The notes beneath the pieces were generated by a model, which had not been told where the DNA came from, did no database searches, and was given only the letters and a program-made list of their open reading frames with translations. From Paramecium tetraurelia (taxonomy: Eukaryota), in assembly GCA_000165425.1 (NCBI GenBank), contig CT868074.1, positions 186,001 through 250,000 of the forward strand: a DNA stretch of 64,000 nucleotides, written 5' to 3'. This document shows, one piece after another, positions 38,987 to 53,727 of the stretch (position 1 is the stretch's first letter; each line of letters starts with the position of its first letter). The position numbers were made by a program, and so were the translations under genes.

Positions 38987-40444
38987 ATGGAATTAGAAAA
39001 ACAAATATACAAATTCCACTATTTCTTAACATCGTGGAAATACGCAAGAGTTTCAGCAAAAAGTCTATTTTTAGGATTACTAGGGATATCATTATTATGT
39101 ATAGCTGTGTATGTATCTCTTTGCGTAAGACAAGGAGAAAGGAGATTAGAATTTTTATAACAAGACAATAGTGTAATTTCTCAATTTAATGAGACTGTTG
39201 TTTACACAGTAAATATTGTAGATCATTCAAACAGCGATCCCTTATTACAAATGAGATTTTCATTTAACAGATATTTATTATCACTTAGACAAAACATTGC
39301 AAAAGATCATAATATAACTTAGGAAATACTTTTTGTCGATTCCAACAATTATTAATCAAATTTTGATCTATTTTTTTTAAATTTTGTGGATATAGAAACT
39401 ATGTTTTTAGTTGATTTTACAAACTATTTTACAGACAGCGAGCATGACATTTTGATTTAGAATTTAAAAACAAGAGAAATGTGGTATTGGGGAAAGAATT
39501 CTTTGAAAAATGATGAATCTACCTCTTTGTACATTAAGATGATAAGAAATATTTTTTTGTGTCAATAGATTTTAGTATCCCTATTTTTTGTCTCTTGCAC
39601 TTCATCAATCATAATTCGTCTATTTATGTTATCTGTGCCAGCATTCTCCTATATTATAAGTATAAATAATGGATTATATTATAGGGAGTTCACTGTAGCG
39701 AATATTCAGGTAGGAATAGGAATTAAATAATCAGGGGAATCAAGAAAATTGGATTGGAATTTACATAAGGCTACTGGAGAGAAATAACAAAGTGAAATAT
39801 TACATTGTCTTTGCCTTTTTGACGATGATATTCTTCTACACAGTAATTTATAACCAGGGTATGGATTAAGCAACTTATTTTATGTTTGGGAAAAGCATTC
39901 CTTAGGGATTAAATATATATTTTATGATGTAAAATAGTTTAACATATTAGAATAGTATTTATAAATGAATTGCAAGGAGTTTTGTTTTTAAGAACAAGAT
40001 CTTCAATTTACTTTGTGCCGAAATACATTTGTTGTTACTACATTACATATCTATATTATCTCGAATAAACAAGTATAAATTTTAATTAAGTTTCGGTTAT
40101 GGATTCTATTAAATAGGTTTAACAATAGTGTTTCTAATGAGTTAGAGTACATTTGCTGCATTTTTGTACTTCTTTGAAATTCCTGCTTTAACTTGGTAAA
40201 GAGAGTCTTTTTATACTCCAACTGAATAGAGACCAAGATGTTATTATATGCCACTATTTTAAATTGAATGGATTAGTGATATCCCTTAGGTTTGGACTGT
40301 ATTCTATGGACTTTGTGGAAGAAAGTAGAATTTATAATTTATTAATTATTAAGGTATTTTGAAAGGTAGCATTTGGCTTATGTAGACAGAAATTAGATTC
40401 AATTCCATTAGATCTTAGAGGACGAGGAACACATTGATTTATGA
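38987..40444 (+). CDS. Membralin (TMEM259)-like multi-pass membrane protein
   Basis: N-terminal TM, luminal MRFSFNRYLLSLRQN..DHNI, SLFFVSCTSSIIIR, and a later LRTRSSIYFVPK motif. Confidence 0.65.
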
Positions 40445-41034
40445 ATGATATTTATTAAAATTTATAATGGAATTGGAATAAATATTATTCGTCATGTGTG
40501 TAAATATAATTTCTAGAAAATGGTTAAGCTATGTTTTAAAGGTTAAGACTAAGACATAGAGAATGATCCTGTTAAGTTCCAAATTTGATGGCTTAAGTTG
40601 GTTAACCTTAAAAATAATAGCCAAACTAATATGCTTAAATAAATTAGTAGATTGTAATCAATGCAGATAATATAATTAAAAATTAATAATCATAACATTA
40701 AAATTAACCTTTGTAATTGATATAACTTTATTATGATAATATTATAATTTCTTTTTATTCCAAATATTGTATATTTCTACCTTTCATACCATGTTTTATC
40801 ACCAATAAATTAGGATGTAAGAAAATAGCAGATTTATTAGGCAAATTAAGAATCATTAATTATAGAAACTACTAATTTTATTTTAAATTGCCTCAAAATT
40901 TTATTTGTTTTTGAATAAAATTAATTTAAATTCAAGTAAATTTCAATGAAAAAATTATCAATCTTAAAATTGAATGATCATATTATTTAAAGGAATTTTT
41001 GAGCATTAAAGATATTTCATAAAATTATCATCTA

Positions 41035-42080
41035 ATGCTCACTTATGTGAATGAAAATCCAAAATTCGCAGAAACCTTAAAATAGCTAGTAGAATGTGGA
41101 AAAGATAGAACAATTAGATGGCCAGAAATAGCTAAAGTCTTGGAGAATATGTTTAATATCACCATTTCAAAGCCCTGTTTACTCAAACCAGCTTATCAAT
41201 CTATTATCAGTCCGAATGTGGAATTAGATAAGCAATAACATCGATTATTGGTTATAACTGTAATCAAACATTCAGCTTTAATTAAATAGGCCTTGCCTGA
41301 CTTTCAAAAATTATCAGGAATATAGTAAAGTGTTATTATATCTTCAGAATTTAATCAAAAAAGTTCTAAAGTAGAATGTATCGTTCCTTTAAAACAGCCA
41401 TAGAAACAGGAATCTAAGTATTTGTGTAGAAGAAGTCAGAATATAGAAAGAGGTTAGTTAGAGTGCCTGGCTCAGCTATTTCTCGTGTGTTGTAATGCAA
41501 AATACTTCCATCAGATGATCCCTTCACAAATAAATTAAAATTTATGTCAGAACAACTGTCTATTTTACTTATGATTAGTATTGATTATGATGGAGAAGAC
41601 ATAACTGAACTCTATTCTACAGTGACTTCAAAAATGACAAAGAAGAACTTTCACTTATTATTAAATTGCATATCCTTCATGTTCGATTTAAAATGCATTA
41701 GTCAGGGTTAGATAACAAGAGATGAATAATTAATGCCTGATTATTGGTTATAGCCAACAATCAAAGAGAACCAGAAATTAAACGTTTATAATTATTTCTT
41801 TGAGGATGACAATTGTTAAAAGTATTAAATGTATTCAGATGCAGTTGATGTTTAATAAGAAATGGAATACAAAGTGTTTTTAAATATAAATCCTATTTCT
41901 TAACCTAAATAGTAATCATTCTTAAAAAGGAATACAAAATTAAAGACTGTGAGAGGTAGGATAACAGTAAATGATAAGAAGTATCCAAGTGAAAGAACTA
42001 TCATTTTTGCAGAACCAGAAGAAGAAAGTGAAGAAGAGTTTTATGACATAAAATTTGGTAGAAAGTAGAATTGCATTTGA
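41035..42080 (+). CDS. Uncharacterised Myb/SANT-like family protein, paralog C
   Basis: IRWPEIAKVLENMFNITI; LLNCISFMFDLKCI; LMPDYWLQPTIKEN; KTVRGRITVNDKKYPSERTIIF; same phase-2 intron. Confidence 0.75.
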
Positions 42081-42156
42081 TATGTTATATAATTTAATTA
42101 ATTTGATAATAGATTTATATATTAATAATAATAGATAAATATATAAATACTTATAT

Positions 42157-44508
42157 TCAATCTAATTCAATAATTTAGTTATTAACTTAATGATTATCTG
42201 TTTTCAATAACAAATTCTAATTATCAAATTTTACTTCCTTAACAATTTATCTAAGCAATTCATCATCTTCATTGTCCTATGAAGAACTTGAGAGCTCATA
42301 CTCTTAAACTGCTAATAATAAAGTACTAGCCATAAATACAACATCATATTATTAATTCTCTTTATCAACTTTATTAGCAAAATTCATCAAAGCCTCTTTG
42401 ACTTCTACTCCTAAACTTTATTGCCAGAATTTTGTATTACTTTTAATCCCGTTAGGTTTGATATATTCCTTAGACTCCATCAATTAAAATAATTGACTAT
42501 CATAAAATAATATCTTTTCTGGTTCTTTCAATCCTTATAATTTATTCTCATATATGCGTATTCTCTACTGAAATTCCTTTAAATCTTTTTAATCATATTG
42601 ATTTCCATTCTACATCTTTTACTAATCTATAACTAAAACTTAAGCAGTTTCAAACTATTCAATTAAAATCTTCATGAAATCAACCATATCTAAAGGATTT
42701 TCGAGTGTTTTGATTGTATTTTGAAACTTTTCTCTGATTTTGTATGATTCCCATCTCAACTTTCTTATCATCAAAGTATCAGTATACTTTTACACAACTT
42801 CTAGTAATATTTTGACAATTAACTATTTTGGACTTCTATTTCCAGCCTACACTTATGATTGTTCAACATTTTTTATTGTGATCAATTCTTTAGTGTCCTA
42901 ATCATTAAACAACTCACACGCCATCAACTTTTAAATATTGGTTTACAATTCTCTTTCTTTTACACCACAAACATTTAAAGTCTTAAATAATTATTACACT
43001 TAGTTTTCATCTAATACTCTCCACTCTGAGCCATTGTTCTAATAGATATGATCAATGTCATTAGAGAATATATGATAATCATATCCATGGATATCAGAAC
43101 CTAAATATAAACATCCATTAATGAAAAGTCGACTGAATTCAACTAATTAAAGATATTATTTATAGATCTTTCGATATTGCTATTGTTATTGTAGAGTATA
43201 TTGGCTATCTTTCTTTTGTAATGCTTAATTGATACTGTTTAATTCATCTTGAACATTTTCCAGCACTAATCCAACGGCCTCTGTAACTTCTTGTCTGTAT
43301 TCAATTATTATCTTAAAACTATCAGTTTCACGCACTCCTTCAATCAAATTACTTGTGATATCAGCTCTCTATTTGGCCTTCAATCCAAAATAACCTAAAT
43401 CATTTTGACCAATGCTCTTGATATTTCTTAGCTCTTAATCATTAAACAATGATTAAACATAAGGCAATTTGATTGATTAAAGTAGCATTGCTGGCCAATT
43501 CTGAATCAAAAACTTAAACAAATTATTGAATCTTAACATTTCTAAATCAGTATACTTGTCCTTAATCTTAAATGATTTAATCTAAGTATACTGTTTTGTT
43601 GATTTGCTTTTCTTCTTATTTTGATCCTTCAATTTACCAAGTTATTAATATTTGCTAATTATTTATTATCTTCTCAACTCAATACTTTCTTAATTTAAAT
43701 TTCCTTTTTAATTATTGACATTTTGAATCGTATCTGGCTATTCATCTGACTCTTATTCTATATCCATATCCTATAATTTAGTTCTTTATGATTTTTTTAT
43801 TATCTTATTAAATGCTTCATAAGCTATCTTCCAAAAAGATTAGCAAGTTGGATCCAAATAATTTTCAAATTCGTATTTCTAACTCTAGAGTGTTAAATCC
43901 TAATTTACATCTTTTTCTTCTTCTTATTATTGTTGTTTTTCTACCATCGTTAACAAACTAATTTTTTGAGCCTTATTCGCCTTCTCCTTTATATCATCCT
44001 TCACTTATCTTTGTTTCGCTATGTCAATAGGTTTCAATAAACCCATCTTATACTTAAAGATATCCTCAATAATAAAGGCAGTCAACTTGAAATTTATTCG
44101 ATCTGACTGTTCTTGAGTATCAAAAGTTGAATATTGATAACTATTTGAAAATGTGGCATTAGAATGATAGTCTTTAATCAAATGTCCTGTTAACTTTAAT
44201 AAAGGAGAAAGTAGCAATCAAAACTCACCTTAGCTATCAGACATAGCTGCGAATTACTAATTATATGGAAAGGCATTTATGAAAGTTGTAATCTCGATTT
44301 ATTGATTTAAAGGAATAGGAGAAAAGGTCTTAATTACGTTCCCTTCTCTCATCTTTCCAAATTGATTACTCTAAGGAAATATCTGTGAAAATTGAACAAT
44401 TATCTCATCCATAATGGGAAATATCACCTTCTTACCATTCATATAGTTTGGGAATCTCCTTTGAAATTCCTTTAGTTTAGCTTACTTTTCATTCTCCTTA
44501 TTATCCAT
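42157..44508 (-). CDS. DDT/WHIM/WSD-motif ISWI-partner-like protein, candidate ICOP ortholog (in-frame TGA at 44218-44220)
   Basis: Single 784-codon frame; WSD-like YLGSDIHGYDYHIF...EWRVLDENQVQQLFKTLNVCGVKERELQTNI; WHIM1-like GYFGLKAKQRADITSNLIEGV; DDT-like IEITTFINAF. Confidence 0.7.
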
Positions 44509-45101
44509 TTTTATTAATACATTACAATTTTCAATTCTCCAAATTTTAATTAAAAAAAATCATTAAATTTTTTTGATTAATGTAATGCCAAATTTGCAAT
44601 TTTTTTAGGCTTAAATATTTTAATATTCAAAGGCAAAATCATTAGGATATTGCTACATGTACTTTAATAAACCTTTTCTCTGGTTTAGCAAATAAATGTA
44701 GGTAAAATAACAATTGAAAAAATTATATTACTTTCTAATAGTATTTTATGATCAATTTTAAATTTTGGACTCATTTTTCTCTTTAATATTGAATAAAAAT
44801 AGATTTGATATTTAAACAATTAGATTCAATAATTTAAGAAGCGTCATTATGGCAAAGTTGTTATTATAATAAATCTATGAGAACTTATATTATGGATTCC
44901 AAAATAATATAAATTAACATTTTAAGATAGAAATAAAATTTTTAATGGTTGGAAAAATTGTAAGTTTTTATATAATTATTAGATAAATAATAAATTTTAA
45001 ATTGAAAAATGATCAATTTAAACTATTAGAATAATCTCTTTGAGTTCCTAGAAATGTAATAGGATTAGAAATATTGTAATAAATATAATTAAAGAAATAA
45101 T

Positions 45102-47917
45102 TCATTTATAAAATTAATTAAAATTAACCTTCAATATACATTCAATGACTAAAATTAATATATTTATATATTTACTTTCAGGAGCATGGGTAAATCTTTA
45201 TGTATAATGATCAAACAGCAAAATTAATGCTGATATTTATTAATTAAAGGAATCTTTCATTTTTGTAAATTCACTCTCAATCCTCATAGTTTCGATGTTT
45301 TTTGTTATTTAATCTACTAAATCTAATGAAGTAACTCTTTCGATTAACATTGGATAATTTTGGACTATATCTATGACCTTATAAATAGCCTCTAAAATTG
45401 ACTCTGACTAATAATTATTTAAAAAGTATACCTTCTAATTGAGAAACATCTTATCAGAGATTGTTTTTAGATATAAATTATGATTGTTGATTATCTCTTA
45501 AAAACTTAAACTTTTGTTCACCTTATCCAAAAATAAGTCTGTTTGCACTTGGATAATTGATATGAATAGGAAATATTCATAATTGGTTATAAAATGTGTC
45601 AGTTGATTTCCAAAATGAAGAAACTTTGATTATTAATTTTTAAATCTTTTTTTTAAGTTTACTTGAGATTATTACAGGTGCAACTTGGAATTTTTGAAAA
45701 ATAATAGAAACTGCATGATTTTATTATATAAAATCAATGAATTTTCATTAATGATTAAATCAATTGGATGAGGCAGAAAGATTTTGAAGTTCACACTTTT
45801 ATGGGACAATAAAAATTAGGAATTTTGTTAACAAATCAATTATGGTTGTAATTCATATGCATTATTAAAATTAAAGTTCCTACTCAATAAATCTTGAATA
45901 GTATTTTGGATAGCTCTTAAGCGAGCCAGAGACTGAGATTCTGCAATTTATTCTATAAACTGTTGCATAAGATCAACTCTTTCAAAGAAAAATAAACATC
46001 TTAAATATTTATGTAATTTGATGAATTGCAAATGATTATTAAGATAATCTAATAGGATATTTTAAATATTTTAATCTTCCTTCTTAATGAGTTTGACTAT
46101 TTCTTTTTGAAATACTTTAATTAAATTAGGATTCTTAATATCTTTGATTGAATATGATTCGTTTTCTTAAGTTAAGATTTCATCCTTTTTTAATTTAGTT
46201 AAAGTAAAAGGCTCATGAAACTTATGGCCTCCTGAGAGTGTGCAATATTATAGAGTTGTCTATATAGATTTTGTAGGAGAAGTCTCAGATACTTCACATA
46301 ATCTCATAATAAGATTCTTTCTAAATTAAATTTACTTTAAAGCTGGCAATCCAACTTTTTAGAAGATCTAGAATGCTTGGCCAATATTTTTTAATTAGAC
46401 AGAACAACTCTGCAAAAAGACTGGAAGATTTTCAAAAGAATCAGTGATGGTGGAATTATAATCTAAATATTTATCTAATAGTTTTATGTATGGTTCTAAA
46501 GCAAATAAAAATAGTTTCTGAAGATAAACTTAATTATGTTGAGGTTGGAGCGAATTCTAAATGCACAGGTTATATAAGATAGTAAGTGTAGGGGAATTGA
46601 ATGTTCCATTATTTCCTTCTATAGTTAATATCTTCTGAGCAACAAGATTGATCTATTTAATAATGACAAACCAATCCTATAAACTCTGACTTAAATACAT
46701 TAGAGTAATAGATCGATCCACCTTTTGTTAACACAATTTTTCATCATAAATACATTATTCCAATAGATGTGTAACTGCCTGATCAAATTCACTTAGTATA
46801 GATCTTACGCCCAACCAAAATTATTCCTGTATTAATATTTCAATGTTTAACAACGATGGTTTTTAAATCATATTTAATGGTTTTTTAAGATGACACACAA
46901 TAGTTGCATATTCTAAAAACTTTTGAGTGCTGCTGAGAAGACTGTCATGACTCATATGGCGAACATCAAAATCATTCAATTAATATTATCCTGAGGAGAA
47001 TGTTAATAGTTCACTTTGCAAACCCAAAAAACTATATAATACTGCCACAACTACATCCTTTTCATTTGTAATCATACTAATCTAAAAAAGAATATTGTTA
47101 CTTAATAATCCTTGGTTTCTTAAGAATTTCTTATGATTTATTTTAATACTCTGATAAGAATAGTTGTGATGATCTTATTTACAGAGAAGAATCAGTTGAA
47201 CTTACAAATTCATTAAAAGACTTTTTAGTATTAAAACTCATATGCCATAGCACATTAGGTAATTGGTCTTTTGAGGAGATCAAAGTTTAATTCTATTATG
47301 CTTTCTATTAAACTTCTCTTGTAGTTTCATTTCTTTAATTAACTTAAATATCTTCTTGCTTATTTTCTTCTTCATCGTCCTCTTCTGAAGAAGTTTCAAA
47401 CTACCAATCCTTCAATGACTGCAAAATCAATATGCTATAATTACTTCTATGCTTGATATTGACATGTTGTCTTATTGCTTTTTCTTTAAAATATTTTTGT
47501 TTGGCTCGCGATTCAAGTTGTGTTCAATCAAATTAGAACTTAAAAGTAACAATAAACCCAAGATGCGATGAGGCATATCGTTATAATCTTATTTTAATTT
47601 TCTTTTCTTTAATTCTTAAAATAGAGTATTTAGGTAATCAGCAGTCTCAGGTCTGCTCATGACTTACAGTTTTATTAAAATGCTTATCAATATGTCAATA
47701 TAATACTCTTAAAATTTAGCTTCTATTTGATGTGCATCTGGATCCAAGAATGTGTGATATTTCAAATTTGAACCTGCATATTTGTGGGCTATTTCAAAAT
47801 TTTTTTGGGATGGCTTAATTTAAAACGTAATCTTACTCCAAACCCTGTGAAATAGATAATAAACTTTTCCAAATCCTCTTCGAATTATTATTCCCTTTAT
47901 TTTTGAAAATTGGACAT
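45102..47917 (-). CDS. Gamma-tubulin complex component (Spc97/Spc98 family, GCP5-like)
   Basis: GRIP2-type motifs LPHPIDLIINENSLILYNKIMQFLLFFK, LTHFITNYEYFL, HNLYLKTISDKMFL and the C-terminus LKVNFNQFYK*; acidic DW.FETSSEEDDEEE in the N-terminal part. Confidence 0.75.
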
Positions 47918-48113
47918 TCAATTTTGAGGGAAAATTAAAATTTTTAATAAAAAATTACAATATGACTCAAATGTCATTGAAATCAAAATTAATTCATTTT
48001 TACACTAGAGAATTAGTTTTTCATCGAGTAGATCTTATCCTCAGTGAATAAATTAGAATTTTAATATCTGAAAAAATTTTAGTACTGTCTTTAAATAATA
48101 TTAATCACAAATA

Positions 48114-48557
48114 ATGAACCAATTTGTTTATTTTAATGATTTGAAGGAAATGCAACAGTATGCCATGTAAAATTCACTCTCGCTGTATGCATACAAGAAA
48201 ACTGTCTATAATTTAACTAATTATGCTGAGAATCATCCTGGTAGTGAAGCTTACGTGTTACATTATGAAAATCAGGATGTCACGAATGCTCAATTCAATA
48301 AGAATATTCTCAAAACCCACAAAGAAATCATATCAACGTTACAAGAATATATAATTGGATATATTCAGAAGCATGAGAAATAAATTATTTAATTCAAATC
48401 CTCTAAATCCATTATCGAATAGACAAAAAAAAGATTAAGGGAAACCACTGTACCATTTTATGAAGATATTCCCAAGGATTGTTCTATTACTAAATTGCCC
48501 ATATTTTCTACCCATAATTAATTTCACTCTCAAAAGTCAATTAGAATATCTAAATGA
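48114..48557 (+). CDS. Cytochrome b5-like domain protein
   Basis: VYNLTNYAENHPGSEAYVLHYENQDVT...LQEYIIGYI. Confidence 0.7.
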
Positions 48558-48785
48558 ATCTTAATATATATATATATAATTATTCTTATAACAATACTTA
48601 TAATTAAAATATTTGTCTTAAACAGAAATTCATACTGCACTAAAACTTAAGAGATAGTTTGGGACAAATATTTGTCATGATGATTGGATTTTTATTATTT
48701 ATCAGATAATAATAATAATGAATTCAAAATATCCAACAAATACTCCAAAGATAGAAGTAAATAGTTGAAATCCTCTTTACATAGA

Positions 48786-49989
<1,204 letters not shown>

Positions 49990-50022
49990 ATTTGATAAAA
50001 ATTAAATCCTTTTTTTTAAAAT

Positions 50023-50449
50023 ATGTCACAAAAGTTCAAGGTTAAAAAGCTGAGAGATTAAAAGTCTGAAGATCTCCTAAAAGATTTAGAGAAACTCAAA
50101 GGAGAACTCATTTAATTACGAACAGTTAAAGTTTCAGCTGGTAATGCCTAAAAACTTGGCAGAATTGGAGTAAGCATTTAATCAATGACTTAAGCTTGTT
50201 AGAAAGCGAATTGCTAAATTTTTGACCGTGATCAATGAATAAAGAAGAAATTCTGTGAAAAATGCAGCCAAGTCAAGCACTAAACTCCCAGTTGATCTCA
50301 GAGGTAAAAAAACAAGAGCAATTAGATAAAGACTTACAAGAAGCGAAAGAGGTAATAATAAATGATAACTAATTCAAGCATAAAAAACATAAAGACAATG
50401 GAAAAGATTGAACAATTTCCCATTAAGAAAGTTTGCTTTGAAAGAATGA
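50023..50449 (+). CDS. RPL35: 60S ribosomal protein L35 (uL29)
   Basis: KVKKLRDQKSEDLLKDLEKLKGELIQLR...VRKRIAKFLTVINE...PVDLRGKKTRAIR...FPLRKFALKE*; two introns. Confidence 0.95.
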
Positions 50450-51820
50450 TCAATTATATAAAATAGTACAATATTGATATAGCAATTGTAAATATCAACC
50501 ATTATCAGATTTATACATCATACTCAAATCAATGCCATTCAGAATTTATCTGATTTAATTGCATTTCATTAAATTCTTTTGCTTTAATAATTAAAAGCAA
50601 AAAAATATTATACTTGTTCATTAAAACTAAAGAGCTACTAGAGTAATAAAATATAATAATAGGGAAATTTGTAATAATGAAAGGAGTTTTTTCACAATCT
50701 CATTTTCAATTTTGTCAAACAGACTTAATCATTTAAGTTTGATTTTCGATATAAAATATTTTTTATTAGCATAAACCTTCTGCTGGATAAGACCTAATTA
50801 ATTCTGCAATTTTAATAACTCTTAATATTTATTAAGATGTCCTTTCTTCACTATTTCTTAATCCTAAAGATCAATTTATTTATATATATTAAAAAAATAG
50901 TATCGATTCTCCTTCCAGTCCACTATATTCTCTTAGATTTCTTTTCTCATTTATTATGGTAAAACCTATTTATTAAGTTTAAATACACATTATTGATATT
51001 ATCCTTTAGTATAAGAGATTATTAATTAAAAAGAGACAAGTTTTTATCGCGCTTATGCCTTATCAATAAAATCATACTAAAACGAAGACTGTTTTTTTGA
51101 TATATTCATATATTCATTTAATTATATGTGATTCCATTTATTTAATATTCAAATAGTATTTTATAAATACTATATGAGAAACACATATTCGAATTAATAT
51201 TTTTAATTATTTTGATTTTGCTGAAAATAAAAATATACAGCAAAATTTGAATATTAATTATTATGATTGTTACAATAAATTTAAATTATGAATGATTAAG
51301 GTTGGAAATAACAATGAAATTTTCTTTTAGATTGAAATTAAGAAATATTTAGTTTTCTTAACTTAGCCATATAAGTTTAAGGACTAATTCTTATTTCTGT
51401 GTCATCTTCACCTGATTATTAAATATAGTTATTTTTTATCTATATTATAAGATTTGCATTATGAAATTACATATTCAAAAAAATAAGAAATGTGATTGAA
51501 CATGAGTATATTATCATTTATTTATTGTTCAATATATCAAAGATAATAAATTATTTCACACAAGTTATGTTAACTTTATAATTAACCTCTATAAAGTTGT
51601 ATAATTTTTGTTGTTTTGACTCAATCATTTCTTTTATTTCGATTTTCTACTCAATTACATTCTAAATAAAAACAGTTTCAAAAATAGAATCATATTATTT
51701 ATTCACATCATTACTAATATTTAAAATTCAAATAGAATAACACATTCTTTAGATATCACAATAAAAAAAAAGTTATTTTTATAGATTGAAATATAAAAAA
51801 TACATTACTTTTATATATTA

Positions 51821-52676
51821 TCAACTAAGAGAATGTAATTTTTATTATACTGCAAATATTCCTTTATAAAAAAAATGCATCAAGTAAGTCAATGGAAATA
51901 GGAAGACCAACAATAGTCTATATCTAATACAGATATATTTAATGGATTACTTGTTTATTGTAAATTATAGGTAATGGAATTTAAATGTAATTATGAAACA
52001 AAAAAAGGGATATATTAAGAGTAAGATACAAAATATTAGAATGAATGCTAAGATTTTAGGTAACACCATTATATATCGCAATAAAGTTGGATGTCGCAAA
52101 GGTTTAACATTCTTCATCATAGAACCAGGAACTTAAATTAGTAAATACATATATTACTTGGACATCCGAATAAGTTCCATAATCTATAATGATATCTATT
52201 AAATTTCCCTTTGCAAATCCAACAAAATTCATATTTACATTTACAAACCATATGATTACATCCACTCATTTTTTCTATGGGGATCAAACAATTAGGGCAT
52301 CTTTAACTACACTCTCCATCATGTATTTCACCACATATTTTACAAACATTGGAACCACAGTTATGAGTTTTTAAATTCTCTTTGCATACCTAATGGGATG
52401 AGTATTTCAAGTACAGAACAAGTAATTATAGCCTTTTGCTTTAATTCTAAATATTTAGGATATAAGTCTTCGCAATATTGTTTAATTATTAAGGCATTGT
52501 ATTCCAAACTGCATGAAGGACAAGTTATCTTAAATACACCTCCACTGTTTATTGCTTCTTTCAAATACATGATGATGCATTCTCTTTTGATTTAAGTATG
52601 TTTACTTGCAAAATTCATGAGAACAATCTCCAGGTCTAATCAACAGTTTGTCAATGAAGCAGATTTAACAATTCAT
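51821..52676 (-). CDS. RBR-type (RING-IBR/RING) E3 ligase with C-terminal hydrophobic segments
   Basis: MNCQICF...CSHEFC..C, ITCPSC, RCPNC..PIEK..GCNHM.C..C..EFCWIC, then TM-like tail. Confidence 0.75.
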
Positions 52677-52753
52677 AATTTTAATTTCTTAAGACGAATG
52701 ATATAAATTATAGCAATAATAATAAAAATAAATCAAGCAATATAAAAAGATTG

Positions 52754-53727
52754 TCATATTTCATTTAATTTAACAATCTTTCTTTTTACAAAGCAAACTA
52801 ATTGGAAGGGCTTCTTTATTTAATTGTAATCAAAAAGTTAGAAATTGTATTATTGATTTTCTTAATTTACTGTTTCTTCATTTTTGATTGGAAACTTACA
52901 ATTGACTGATTATTCAAGTTATTATATAATAGATTTGACTAAGATTTCGTTCTTTTCATCTTTAGTTACTCTGCATAATTTAATTTTATTTTCCTCCTAT
53001 TTTAATAAATTATAATATCTGTTTTTAATTGTATTTTCTGTTCTTTTTAACTTAAACACTTTCAATGAGATTTCTGCCCATCTCTTTCCTCTTTTCTCTA
53101 TTTCCCGAAATAGTTTCAACTCTTCTTCCTTCGTCCATGGTAGACTATGAATATTTCATAGAATCAAATACGTGACTATATTTGGATCCAATTTATTTAC
53201 CCAACGATCTCTGCATTATTTTCCTTAACGAACATAGGGTGTCTTACAAATCCTCATCATCTCGATCGCAATCTCACACCATTTATTTGGATGTAATTGC
53301 TATAATTAGATTAAGACTTAATCTTCAGCCGGTGTCCAACTAACCTTCTGATGACATTCTTCCAACCATCTATTACGACAAGCCTTCCAATTGTGGTATC
53401 TAAACATCCTTGAGATTTATTCCCATTAATATGAAGTCTATGAAAAATAAATTAAATTCTTACTAGTTCGATGGGAATTTCCTTGTATTTCAAGCATGTA
53501 CCCAATACCAATAGATTTAAGAATTTATCTTAACAAGGAGTCCATGTTCCTCGTTTACTATTGTAAGCTTTTTCTACAGAATTTAATATAGTATTAATTT
53601 CCTCGACAGTAGGCAAATGTTAGAAGGAGAACTGATGGCTTTGAAGAACTGATTAGGCAAACTCATAATTTGGTTAGACAAACATCTCAAAAACCTATTG
53701 TCTATCTAATGGCGTTTTTTTTTGCAT
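52754..53727 (-). CDS. Multi-repeat Myb transcription factor (3' end approximate)
   Basis: GTWTPCQD, ACRNRW, SWTPAEDQVL..KWCEIA..RQGKQCRDRWVNKLDP, PWTKEEE..KRWAEIS..RTENTIKNRYY. Confidence 0.88.
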
